Part shown: positions 9,186-17,744 of the stretch, one piece after another
Layout: every line of letters starts with the position of its first letter
Numbering within the stretch: the stretch's first letter is position 1
Origin: Candidatus Lokiarchaeum ossiferum
GTDB taxonomy: Archaea; Asgardarchaeota; Lokiarchaeia; Sigyniarchaeales; Promethearchaeaceae
Direction: 5' to 3'
Length of the DNA: 32,000 bases
Assembly: GCA_025839675.1 (NCBI GenBank)
Contig: CP104013.1
Span: 2,460,001 to 2,492,000, forward strand
Position numbers and translations under genes: made by a program
Notes under the pieces: generated by a model
Told to the model about the DNA's origin: nothing
What the model saw: only the letters and a program-made list of their open reading frames with translations
The model's database searches: none

Positions 9186-10232
9186 TTATCGGCGGAAATC
9201 TGTGTCTTTAAAAAAGGATAATAAAGAGGAAACAACAGAATCCACATTTTCCCCACCTTTTGCATTGGTAAGGATTACTTCATCCCGGTTCATTTTCAAT
9301 TCTGCCAATAAGGAGGAAATCTCTTCTTCAGTTGCAAAATCGATTTTGTTGATGACAATTTTAATCGGAATATCTAATCCTGCAGCAAAATTTGCTTCAA
9401 TTTCCCTCAATAAGGCAATTTGACTCGATACATCATATCCTGATGCTACAGTAGGATCAAAAACGAACAAAACAATGGTAGCAATGGTATTCAGAGCAAG
9501 AATGGCTTGTTTTTCAATATTGTTGCGTTTTATCATAGGTCGATCTAAAATGCCTGGTGTATCGATAACTTGAAAATATTTTGAGCCGTATTGATCCACA
9601 AAGGTGCCTAAATAAATCTGTTTAGTTGTGAAGGGATAATCAGAAACTTGAGGTTGAGCAGTAGATAATTGGCCCACAATTGTAGATTTCCCCACGTTTG
9701 GATACCCTGCGACAACTACGCTCGGTAAAGTAAGATTTACGGTAGGAACTTCTCGCAACTTTATACGACATTCTTCTAAAAAGGTTAAAATACTATTTTG
9801 CTTGCGCACAATGGAGGAACATCGCCCAAAAAACTGGGTTCGGGAATAGGCACATTGTTTTGCAGTTTCTTGTGATCCTATTTTTCGACGGTATTCTTTT
9901 TCTAATCGTTTGATTACCGGAATAATTCCATTAATTCGTCCGAGACTTTTCCGTAAATCATCATTATTGACGAGTAAATGACTTAAGCGCCGATAAAAAT
10001 CGGGAAGTTCATCTAAATTTGGGACAGATTTTACAATTTTTTCTAATTTTTCATTTAAAATTTTGACGGAATTTTCAATACGTTTGATTTCTTTCCGCTT
10101 TACCTTCTCAAGATTAGGCAAGAGTTTGGGTAAGGAGGCGGTTTTAGAGGAAGCTTTGGAAAAGGCAAAATCAAGTAACTCTTGGGCACTCCAGACACGG
10201 TAAAATTCTTCGAAGGGGTTTGAATTCTGCAT
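9186..10232 (-). CDS. NOG1-family GTP-binding protein (archaeal homologue of the ribosome-biogenesis GTPase)
   Basis: 348 aa. Helical N-terminal domain, then G1 GYPNVGKST, G2 region FTT, G3 DTPGILDRP and G4 NKID. This order and spacing are typical of NOG1/DRG-type GTPases. Confidence 0.85.
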   Translation of the reverse strand: MQNSNPFEEFYRVWSAQELLDFAFSKASSKTASLPKLLPNLEKVKRKEIKRIENSVKILNEKLEKIVKSVPNLDELPDFYRRLSHLLVNNDDLRKSLGRINGIIPVIKRLEKEYRRKIGSQETAKQCAYSRTQFFGRCSSIVRKQNSILTFLEECRIKLREVPTVNLTLPSVVVAGYPNVGKSTIVGQLSTAQPQVSDYPFTTKQIYLGTFVDQYGSKYFQVIDTPGILDRPMIKRNNIEKQAILALNTIATIVLFVFDPTVASGYDVSSQIALLREIEANFAAGLDIPIKIVINKIDFATEEEISSLLAELKMNRDEVILTNAKGGENVDSVVSSLLSFFKDTDFRR

Positions 10233-10312
10233 CGGTTAGGACGATAAATATTGCATCCCAAAAATCTTTTTCGATTTAAAAATAAAAATGGTAAAAAAAA
10301 GGACAAAAAAAA

Positions 10313-11068
10313 TTAATTCATAAATGAGCCTAAATTGATACTAGCGCCACCACTTCCACCACTACTGGATGATGGAGACATACGAAACAGCCATTGTGCA
10401 AATTCTTTAGGGTTACGACTTTGTAATATCACCTTCCCAGGCCCAGTTAATTGACAAATTACCCCTTCACCACTCATCATGGTAGATTTCCAGCCACCAA
10501 CTCGTTTAATATCCATATGCACTGAAGCCTCCATTGCCACTAAATGACCATTATCGCAATTCAATATTTGGCCCGCTTCTAAGGTCCATTCAATGAATGC
10601 CCCGTTAGCACCTACAAATAAATCCCCTGGACCTTCATTTGCTGTTATAGTTAGCACAAAAGCATTTTCACCACTAAAAAAACTCTTTTTGATGCCTTGA
10701 AACCCAGTGGCTTGCAATAAGTTAGTAGAACTTGCAATATACCCTCCAGAAAATACTATCCAAGATTGTCCTTGATTCATTGGAACATGCATTAGATCTC
10801 CCGCAAATGGTGGAGCAAGCAATAACCAACCGTTATGATTAGCATGAAAATAATTCATCAAAAAAGTCTCACCAGCAAATGTACGCTTGAGAGATTTAAA
10901 GAAGCCTTTCTCTGCTTTTTTTGTTTGGATTTCCAAGGTAGGTTCAAAAGCAAGCATATTTCCTCGCTCAGTTTTAATTTGTTGCCCCTGTTTTAGCAAA
11001 ACTTTTAGATAAGAAAAAGTTGGAGAAGCCTTTATTTCAAATTCGAATTCGTTTCCTTGTACAGTCAT
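10313..11068 (-). CDS. AIM24/TIGR00266 (DUF124) family protein
   Basis: 251 aa with family-typical blocks LLKQGQQIKTERGNMLAFEP, FAGETFLMNYF, LLLAPPFAGDL, CDNGHLVAME and LTGPGKVILQS. Ends in a Ser/Gly-rich tail. Confidence 0.8.
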   Translation of the reverse strand: MTVQGNEFEFEIKASPTFSYLKVLLKQGQQIKTERGNMLAFEPTLEIQTKKAEKGFFKSLKRTFAGETFLMNYFHANHNGWLLLAPPFAGDLMHVPMNQGQSWIVFSGGYIASSTNLLQATGFQGIKKSFFSGENAFVLTITANEGPGDLFVGANGAFIEWTLEAGQILNCDNGHLVAMEASVHMDIKRVGGWKSTMMSGEGVICQLTGPGKVILQSRNPKEFAQWLFRMSPSSSSGGSGGASINLGSFMN

Positions 11069-11235
11069 AATTACACCGTGTTAAAAATTATAGCTTTATT
11101 CCTTAAAAAATATGATCTAGGTGAAATTGCTGGAATCTTTTAGAAAAATCAGTAATGTAGAGAAAAAAAAGCAGAGTGATTTCTAGAAATTACAATAGAC
11201 TAAATTTTTCTCAGAATTCAGTAGGGAAACGATTT

Positions 11236-11709
11236 TTAAAATCGATCTTCAACAGATTTCTCTTTTTCAACTTTAACTTCATCCGATTTCTCATTTTCAT
11301 CTTTAACTTCATCAGATGTTGTGTTAGTTGTTTCATTATTTACTGTATTTACAGCACTTTGAGCTTTCATGATGCTGGCTTTTAGTAAATCTTCTTTTTC
11401 TTTTCGCTGTTCTTGAAGTTTTTGACGTTTAACAGGATCTTCTTCTACCTTTCGCCTTTGAGCTTCTTGTATTTCAGCGATTAAATTAGATTTATCGATT
11501 TCATTTACATTATCATCATTTTCTTTTTTAGCTCCCCCCCTCCCATCTGAGGGAGATTGAATTGATGAGGTTCTCGCGGAACTAGAGGTACTAAAAGCAC
11601 CATATTCTATACCAGTAATCGTTAAATTCTTTTCTACTTTTGCTATTTTCTCTTCAAGAGCATCAATACGCTTCATTATTTTAACCAGAACTTCTCCAAG
11701 TTTAACCAT
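11236..11709 (-). CDS. Hypothetical coiled-coil / low-complexity acidic protein
   Basis: 157 aa. N-terminal heptad segment IMKRIDALEEKIAKVEKNL, then a Ser-rich linker and a Lys/Glu-rich region. Ends in a tandem decapeptide SDEVKDENEK-SDEVKVEKEK. The composition makes coding status less certain. Confidence 0.45.
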   Translation of the reverse strand: MVKLGEVLVKIMKRIDALEEKIAKVEKNLTITGIEYGAFSTSSSARTSSIQSPSDGRGGAKKENDDNVNEIDKSNLIAEIQEAQRRKVEEDPVKRQKLQEQRKEKEDLLKASIMKAQSAVNTVNNETTNTTSDEVKDENEKSDEVKVEKEKSVEDRF

Positions 11710-12047
11710 TTTTATTATTCTCCAATAATTAGAACATTTCTTATATATCTGAAGTTTAATAATTTTGATTTTTTTTACCCTATATATGTTTGGTTTAACA
11801 CGATTTTTGAAGCATCAATTCATATACTATATTAAAAATTAGAACGTATCCTCTTTTTAGTTATGGAAAACCCACATTTCAGCGAAATTACATCATTATT
11901 TTTTGTCCAATATTGCAAAAAGCACTAATTCTTTCAAATTCTTTTTTATCTAGGCACTATCCCAATGATAAAACATTTATTCCCAACTTGAAAAATTTTA
12001 CATTTTCAAGGCAAACCTTTTACATTTTCAAGATATGATATTAGATT

Positions 12048-12503
12048 GTGATTACTCGTCAATTAATGGAAAACCTTAAGGATGCAAAAGCGGTCTCAAA
12101 AATAGTTATTCGGTGCTTAAAAGAAATTAATAGCCAATATTATCCCCCTAATGTAATCAATAGCATGATAGAAAATTACACACCGGAGAATATTATTAAG
12201 AGCGCAAAGGAGCAACTAGTTTTAGTTGCGGAAAATATTGCAGAGGAAATCGTTGGAATGGCCACATTTAGTAATGACATTTTTGGATCAGTTTTTGTAA
12301 ATCCCGACTACCATGGACAAAAAATTGGTGCCAAATTGATGAAAGCTTTAGAAAAATTGGCAAAGAAACAAGGTTCTTCCACTGTCACCCTCAATAGTAG
12401 TATTAATGCGGTGAATTTTTATATTAAACAAGGGTATACTAAAGGCAAAGAAGTTCAAGATGGAAAATTTGGCAAATCAATTCAAATGACGAAAACTCTG
12501 TAA
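12048..12503 (+). CDS. GNAT family N-acetyltransferase
   Basis: 151 aa. Motif A VNPDYHGQKIGAKLMKALEKLAKKQG and beta-bulge region. GTG start at 12048, alternative ATG at 12066. Confidence 0.85.
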   Translation: MITRQLMENLKDAKAVSKIVIRCLKEINSQYYPPNVINSMIENYTPENIIKSAKEQLVLVAENIAEEIVGMATFSNDIFGSVFVNPDYHGQKIGAKLMKALEKLAKKQGSSTVTLNSSINAVNFYIKQGYTKGKEVQDGKFGKSIQMTKTL

Positions 12504-12822
12504 ATAATAAATTCTCTGCATTTTTACAGACGTTTTTGTAAATTGAGTTGTATTTTTGCCGTTTATTTCCCTCAAAATGGAATAATTCTATTTTTTTTTC
12601 TACTCTTTATGGAATTTTTCCAAGTTTTCATTTGGAGTTTGGAAATATTTGATTCGGTTCATTTTTCATGTATAAAGAGCATAATATTCACCAATTTCTT
12701 ACTTAGGGGGAAAAATTAATTAAAAATCGATTAGCTTTATTTCAACGATTGGTTCTATAATGAATAAGGATATTTATCATCCCTTTTTTTGGGAGGGATA
12801 GATCAAATATGCAGGGATCCAT

Positions 12823-13128
12823 ATGTGCTACTATGAAAAAATCGTTCAGGAATTTCAATCGCAGTGTTTAGAACAAATGACTGGGGATTATGTGAAATTT
12901 GTTTCTGAGCAAATTATTACCTTGATGAAAGAATTGAAAGAGGCAGAGCAAAACAATCTTCCTAATCTAACGATGATTCGAGAAGATATTACCCATAATT
13001 TGGTTTTGCTAAATATTATGCTCAAATCAACAGAAGATCCCGATTATTACAAACAATCAAACCAATTATCCAATTGTGAACGTGATTTTCTCCGAAATGA
13101 GTTTATTCCCCTTATTTTTAATAGTTGA
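12823..13128 (+). CDS. Hypothetical small helical protein
   Basis: 101-aa ORF with no motif, isolated in a sparsely coding region. Confidence 0.3.
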   Translation: MCYYEKIVQEFQSQCLEQMTGDYVKFVSEQIITLMKELKEAEQNNLPNLTMIREDITHNLVLLNIMLKSTEDPDYYKQSNQLSNCERDFLRNEFIPLIFNS

Positions 13129-13996
13129 ACATTTTTTAGATGAAATCTTTTTTAGCTTGAAGTAGAAGGAAATTTCAGATGGTTCAGTATTAATTCGAAG
13201 AATTTTCTTGATCTATTTCAGAATATGCTTTGTCATGTCATTTATACATTATTAGATGAGAATACGCAAATGTGTTTGACTTTCTATGTCATTTCAACCC
13301 AACACTTCCAATATCCCACAAATATTTCTTAATTCTAAAACATTGAGAAAAAGACACAAACGAAAGGAAAAAAATATCCTCTTCTTGTATCTATGACATA
13401 ATATGATTAGATATGATGAATATACCTTTTTTTTGGAAATAGAAAGATTTATTCATATTTTTAGTCAAAAAAGATTACTTAGTGTTAGAAAGCTAAAAAA
13501 GTGTAATTCACTGATTTTCCAGAATTTTCCAGAATTTATGGGAAATCCGAATAGAGAACATTTGGAGGAGAAAAAAAGAAAATAAATTTTTGAAATGACC
13601 GGATATTGTGTTTGCCATCCCAATTTATGGAAAAAGGATATACTTGAAAGGATAATTAATAATTAAGCGTTTTCAGAATGATTACATTGTACACAATTGA
13701 TCGTCTTTTTGGAATATTCTTGTTTTTTTTTCGAATTATTTCTAGAAAAATTCCAATAGTTTTCAATATTTGAAAAAAAAAAGAAAAGAACTGAGATAAA
13801 AATTTCAATTTTGTATGAAACTAAAATTTTATTGCGTGATTTTAAAGAACTCGTGAGATTTTGTTTAGAAAAAATGTAATATTTCAATTTCTATACCAGA
13901 TAAAAATAAATTATGCCTATCTAATTTCAAAATCAATGTAAATACTTAAGTTGAAACGATTCAAGAGAAAGGGGGAAAAAAGATGCTTTTTACAGA

Positions 13997-14311
13997 TTAG
14001 AAAAGAGAAATTTCAAGTTTGCCAACTGCTAAACTGCATACTTTTCGAACACCATGACCACCTGGCTGATAATTGCAAGTAACCAAACCAGCCTTATGAA
14101 GTATCGCAATTTGTGCAGAGATGTTTGCTTCTGTTTGTTCTAAATGAGCTGCAATTCGTGATACATCCATAGATTCTTGATTTAAAATTTTTAAAATCTT
14201 CTGCCGTGTTGCACTAGATAATGCCTTGGCAATTTTCGTTAATTCAGGCGTGAGTAAGTTGAGGATCGCCCCATCGTTACTAACTGTTCCAATATCTTGA
14301 ACTATTTCCAT
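13997..14311 (-). CDS. ArsR/SmtB-type winged helix-turn-helix transcriptional regulator
   Basis: 104 aa. LSSATRQKILKILNQESMDVSRIAAHLEQTEANISAQIAILHKAGLV matches the ArsR HTH pattern (xxRxxIL..L....sv.eia..l..s...vS.Hl..L..AGLV). Confidence 0.8.
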   Translation of the reverse strand: MEIVQDIGTVSNDGAILNLLTPELTKIAKALSSATRQKILKILNQESMDVSRIAAHLEQTEANISAQIAILHKAGLVTCNYQPGGHGVRKVCSLAVGKLEISLF

Positions 14312-14417
14312 TTTTTTTCCCTCTTTTCTTTGCTTTGCAATTATGAAAAATATTATTTTTATTTAATATGTTAAAGGTTACTTGCCTATATAAGTCTGTG
14401 GATGTTTATCGTGAATA

Positions 14418-14446
14418 TTCATTGACATTCTTTGACGATCAATGAA
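14418..14446. repeat. 8-bp inverted repeat TTCATTGA-N13-TCAATGAA, with a third TCAATGA copy at 14473..14479
   Basis: Read directly from the sequence. Lies 107-168 nt upstream of the ArsR-type gene start (14311, minus strand). Confidence 0.5.
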
Positions 14447-14649
14447 CACTTTTAGAAAAATTGATTTTATGTTCAATGATCGTATGAATTCAATTTCTTA
14501 ATTTTTTATTAAAAATTTTATAAAATCTTAATAATTTGCTTAATTGAGTGTTTGATCAAACAACAATATACTTGATTATAAAGTATCACATAGAATATTT
14601 ATTTATACTTTGTGGACATTGTATTACATCTTTTTATCTCCATTTCAGC

Positions 14650-14718
14650 ACAGTTTTGCGCATTTAATACTAGGAAAAATTTACTTCTAAAAGCGGTCAT
14701 AATTTTTAGCAAAACTGT
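14650..14718. repeat. 10-bp perfect inverted repeat ACAGTTTTGC ... GCAAAACTGT (49-nt spacer), with further ACAGTTTT/AACAGTT copies at 14728 and 14850
   Basis: Read directly: ACAGTTTTGC at 14650..14659 and its reverse complement at 14709..14718. ACAGTTTT recurs at 14728..14735 and AAAACAGTT at 14850..14858. Confidence 0.5.
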
Positions 14719-15230
14719 CCTTAAGATACAGTTTTCAGAATTTCACAAAATTTATAAGCATAATCCTTTGAAAAAAGTATGAATTAGGTGAAAAGTTAAG
14801 TAGTTATATGGAAATGCAAAATAGTTATATATAAAAAAAATCAGTTTGAAAAACAGTTCAGTAAAGGGTGGTCTTACAACTAAGGTGATCTAAAAAAAAC
14901 TCCGATGAATTGGATATAAAACATATTTTAATGAAGATTATTGAAGATTACAAAAGCTTTGCAAAAAATAAAGACATTAAATTTTTTAATCAGCATTTAA
15001 CAAGCTATATGAAGTGATAGAACCCCAATTGGGAACTTTACTTGGAAACATTTCGCATGGAAAATGGAAGGAAAAGTAAAAAAAACTAGCAAACATTTCT
15101 TGTGATCTTGAAAATCACCCACAACGGATCAATTTATCTTTGTAAAAATCGATTTGTGGTGGTCTGAATAGTTTTTACTAATGGATTACTGCCCAATAGA
15201 TAAGAAGACCATATGGAAAGCAAAGAAAGC

Positions 15231-15277
15231 TTTAAATTTTGAGAAAATCATTGTATCGTCAGAATCACTAGTGATTC
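15231..15277 (+). promoter_or_regulatory. Candidate promoter/operator of the histone-fold gene: TATA-like TTTAAATT (15231..15238) and perfect 16-bp palindrome GAATCACTAGTGATTC (15262..15277)
   Basis: The palindrome starts about 24 nt downstream of the end of the TATA-like element, near the expected TSS, and ends 25 nt before the ATG at 15303. TATA-like strings are frequent in this AT-rich DNA. Confidence 0.3.
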
Positions 15278-15302
15278 ATCGTAGTTGAAAAGGTATTTCA
15301 TT

Positions 15303-15533
15303 ATGGTATATACAGCAAAATATGTAAGAATTTCAAAAATTAAGGAACTTCTCATTCATAACGACCAAAAAATCAGAGTTTCTGGTGATGCAAAAGAGAA
15401 GCTGGCAGAATTTTTAGATAAGGCAATTGAAAAAGCAGCTGAGGAAATGATTAATAAACTCCCAAGAAAAACTAAAGGGGAAGGAAAAGGACAATTAAAG
15501 AGAATCACATTTCAGCTTGAAGATTTTAAGTAG
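15303..15533 (+). CDS. Histone-fold-like small DNA-binding protein (archaeal histone / DUF1931-like)
   Basis: The ORF track starts at TTG 15285. I prefer ATG 15303, which has AGGT 8 nt upstream. Layout: alpha1 ISKIKELLI, loop, long alpha2 GDAKEKLAEFLDKAIEKAAEEMINKL, extended loop PRKTKGEGKGQLKR, then ITFQLEDF (compare RKTIKAEDI in archaeal histones). Confidence 0.5.
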   Translation: MVYTAKYVRISKIKELLIHNDQKIRVSGDAKEKLAEFLDKAIEKAAEEMINKLPRKTKGEGKGQLKRITFQLEDFK

Positions 15534-15570
15534 TTAAAATGTGGACCCAAGTATTTTCCGGATAACAAAA

Positions 15571-15578
15571 TTTTTTTT
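15571..15578 (+). terminator. Oligo-T tract (T8) downstream of the histone-fold gene
   Basis: T8 run 38 nt after the TAG stop at 15531..15533. Confidence 0.3.
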
Positions 15579-15909
15579 CTTATTAAACTAGCTTCACAGG
15601 CTTGGAACATAGACTTTTGCTCAAATTGTATGGATTCTATAGGAAAGAAAATAAATGATTACTCTATATCTATCAAAAATTGAGAGGTTAATTTCTTTTT
15701 TTTTTGATTGAAAGCGCCTTTTCAATTTTCATTGGAAAGTATTAAATATCCAAATTCATTAAAAAATGAAGAGAAAACGAAAACTTTCTTTTGCTCCATA
15801 AAGCCTTCACGCTAATATTCTGAACGAATAAACGGGTTTGAAGAATATTTTAATTTGTATCAGTCAGAACAATACTATAGCATTTAATTATATTTAAGTT
15901 CGCGAAGGA

Positions 15910-17139
15910 ATGATGTATTTTATGCAAAAATCTATTTTGCAAGATCGTGAGGAAATATTAAAAAATTCCAAGAAACACTACTTTTCTTTAGGTGTTGATG
16001 ATGGGGCAGCCAGTTTGTGTAAGAACAATTTTCAATATGGCTTGGCTAAGATGCATTATGTCCAAAATCAACTTGGTGGTGTTTCTGATGCAACATTTAT
16101 TTCTACTCCTGATGAAACGATATCCCGAAATCGAAAGCGTTGGGAATCAGGCTATGGATATGGTGGAAAATTGACATATGGGGATAAAAAAGATCCCTTT
16201 ATTTTCATCGATACCAAACCTAATGCATGCGGAATGCTTGTAGGCGGTTTAGACAAACTTCCAAAACCAGATGAAATAATAAAACAAATCAATACAATCA
16301 TCACACAAGACAGTTATATTGATGATATCAAACTACAATGGGATTTCAAGAAGGGAAATCATTTTATTGATGTATTCCAGACAGATCAAGAATTCGGAGA
16401 TCCCAGTAAATTCCCAAAATATATGTTTGTTATCCATGGTTCGGTTCCCGAGTTACGAAATGAAACCAGTAAAGGTCCTGGACTATATTATGATAGCTCG
16501 AAAACTCTTTACGATATGTGCAATAAAATAGAAACACCTTTTGGTCCAAGTTATTATTTGGATGGTACAAATGCAAGAGAATATTTTGAGTTTTTCAAAT
16601 ATGCTAAAAAATTTGCAGCCGAGAAACGAGAAAAGGTAGCAGAACTACTTTTTGGTAAATTCGATGTTATTTCCAACCCAATGCATCAAGGTTTACTATC
16701 TTATGGGGAGATATTGCTTGGAGCTCAACATATTACCGATGATTCAAGGAAACTTTTTCCTGTGGCATTACGATCAGATTTACCACTATATATTGTGTCT
16801 GCACTTCCTAATTTATCAGATGAACAGATAGATGATCTTGGGTTTGAAAATCGAGCGAAAAAATTGGGAGTCCTGCCACATTTACAAAATCTTAATGTTC
16901 TCCCACATGGGGGAGGTTATGCTTTGCCCCACATAAATTGTGTGAAGAAGGTTTTGGAAATTGATGGAGAACGATTCTTTGTTTGTGAGCAAGAAATGGA
17001 AGATGGAATAACAATCTTCTCCGATGTAGCAGAAACACAATTCTTGTATCGCGGAAAGAAAATCATTAATAAAATTGAATCCCTTTCACTAGGTACTATA
17101 GAAGCGAAGTTACACCCAAAATTTGTTTTAAAAATATAA
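15910..17139 (+). CDS. Uncharacterised protein with RtcB-like (RNA 3'-phosphate ligase superfamily) motif order; short divergent form
   Basis: 409 aa. In order: PNAC107GM (compare RtcB DIGCGM), KGNH151FIDV (GTGNHFIE), VIH176GS (LHSGSRG), NPMH259 (CHHN), LPH333GGG (SHGAGR). The Cys to first His spacing is much shorter than in canonical RtcB. Confidence 0.4.
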   Translation: MMYFMQKSILQDREEILKNSKKHYFSLGVDDGAASLCKNNFQYGLAKMHYVQNQLGGVSDATFISTPDETISRNRKRWESGYGYGGKLTYGDKKDPFIFIDTKPNACGMLVGGLDKLPKPDEIIKQINTIITQDSYIDDIKLQWDFKKGNHFIDVFQTDQEFGDPSKFPKYMFVIHGSVPELRNETSKGPGLYYDSSKTLYDMCNKIETPFGPSYYLDGTNAREYFEFFKYAKKFAAEKREKVAELLFGKFDVISNPMHQGLLSYGEILLGAQHITDDSRKLFPVALRSDLPLYIVSALPNLSDEQIDDLGFENRAKKLGVLPHLQNLNVLPHGGGYALPHINCVKKVLEIDGERFFVCEQEMEDGITIFSDVAETQFLYRGKKIINKIESLSLGTIEAKLHPKFVLKI

Positions 17140-17168
17140 TTTTTTTTTACTAACAGGAGATTGAATAA

Positions 17169-17714
17169 ATGATACCAAAATTTTTGTTTTTCACTAGAGG
17201 AGTTGGACGAAATAAAAAAGAACTCCAATCGTTTGAATCAGCATTGAGAGATGCAGGAATATCATTTTTGAATTTGGTTACAGTATCTTCGATATTTCCA
17301 CCAAATTGCAAAGAAATTTCACGGGAAGAAGGGATGAAAAGGATAAAGCCAGGACAAATAACATTTTGTGTAATGGCTCGACATTCTTCAAATGAAAAAA
17401 ATCGGCTCGTGTCTGCTTCGATTGGAGTCGCAAAACCAAGAGACGAAAATCACTATGGATACCTAAGTGAACATCATTCTTTCGGGCAAGATGAAGATAC
17501 AGCAGGTAATTTTGCGGAAGACTTAGCAGCATCCATGTTAGCAAGCACTTTGGGAATTCCTTTTGATATTGATGCGAATTATGATGATAAACGGGAGATT
17601 TTTCACTTGAGTGACAAAATCATCGAAACCAAAAGCACAACCGCAACAGCAATTGTTGAAAAAGATGGTGAATACACCACCGTTATTGCTGCAGCAGTTT
17701 TTATCCTAGAATAA
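17169..17714 (+). CDS. pdaD: Pyruvoyl-dependent arginine decarboxylase
   Basis: 181 aa. FFTRGVG near the N-terminus and the self-cleavage site context NLVTVSSIFPP (Ser-Ser). Overall collinear with archaeal PdaD. GGAG lies 10 nt upstream of the ATG. Confidence 0.9.
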   Translation: MIPKFLFFTRGVGRNKKELQSFESALRDAGISFLNLVTVSSIFPPNCKEISREEGMKRIKPGQITFCVMARHSSNEKNRLVSASIGVAKPRDENHYGYLSEHHSFGQDEDTAGNFAEDLAASMLASTLGIPFDIDANYDDKREIFHLSDKIIETKSTTATAIVEKDGEYTTVIAAAVFILE

Positions 17715-17744
17715 TCAATAAAGATTAATAAATTGGAGAAAAAA

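Noticed and set aside
13416-13514. Possible box C/D sRNA: ATGATGA (C-box-like) near 13416 and CTGA (D-box-like) near 13511
   Set aside because: The boxes are about 95 nt apart, longer than typical archaeal C/D sRNAs. There are no internal C'/D' boxes and no terminal stem. Both short motifs are expected by chance.
13403-13887. Track ORFs 13403..13585 (+) and 13663..13887 (-) in the gene-poor region
   Set aside because: The translations are Lys/Phe/Asn/Ile strings (e.g. FFFFSNIENYWNF) typical of random ORFs in AT-rich spacer. They have no SD-like element and no motif. I kept them only as part of the gene-poor-region finding.
14312-15284. Replication origin hypothesis for the long AT-rich intergenic region with inverted repeats
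   Set aside because: There is no adjacent orc1/cdc6 gene and no long ORB-type repeats. The repeats are only 8-10 bp. The evidence is insufficient to call oriC.
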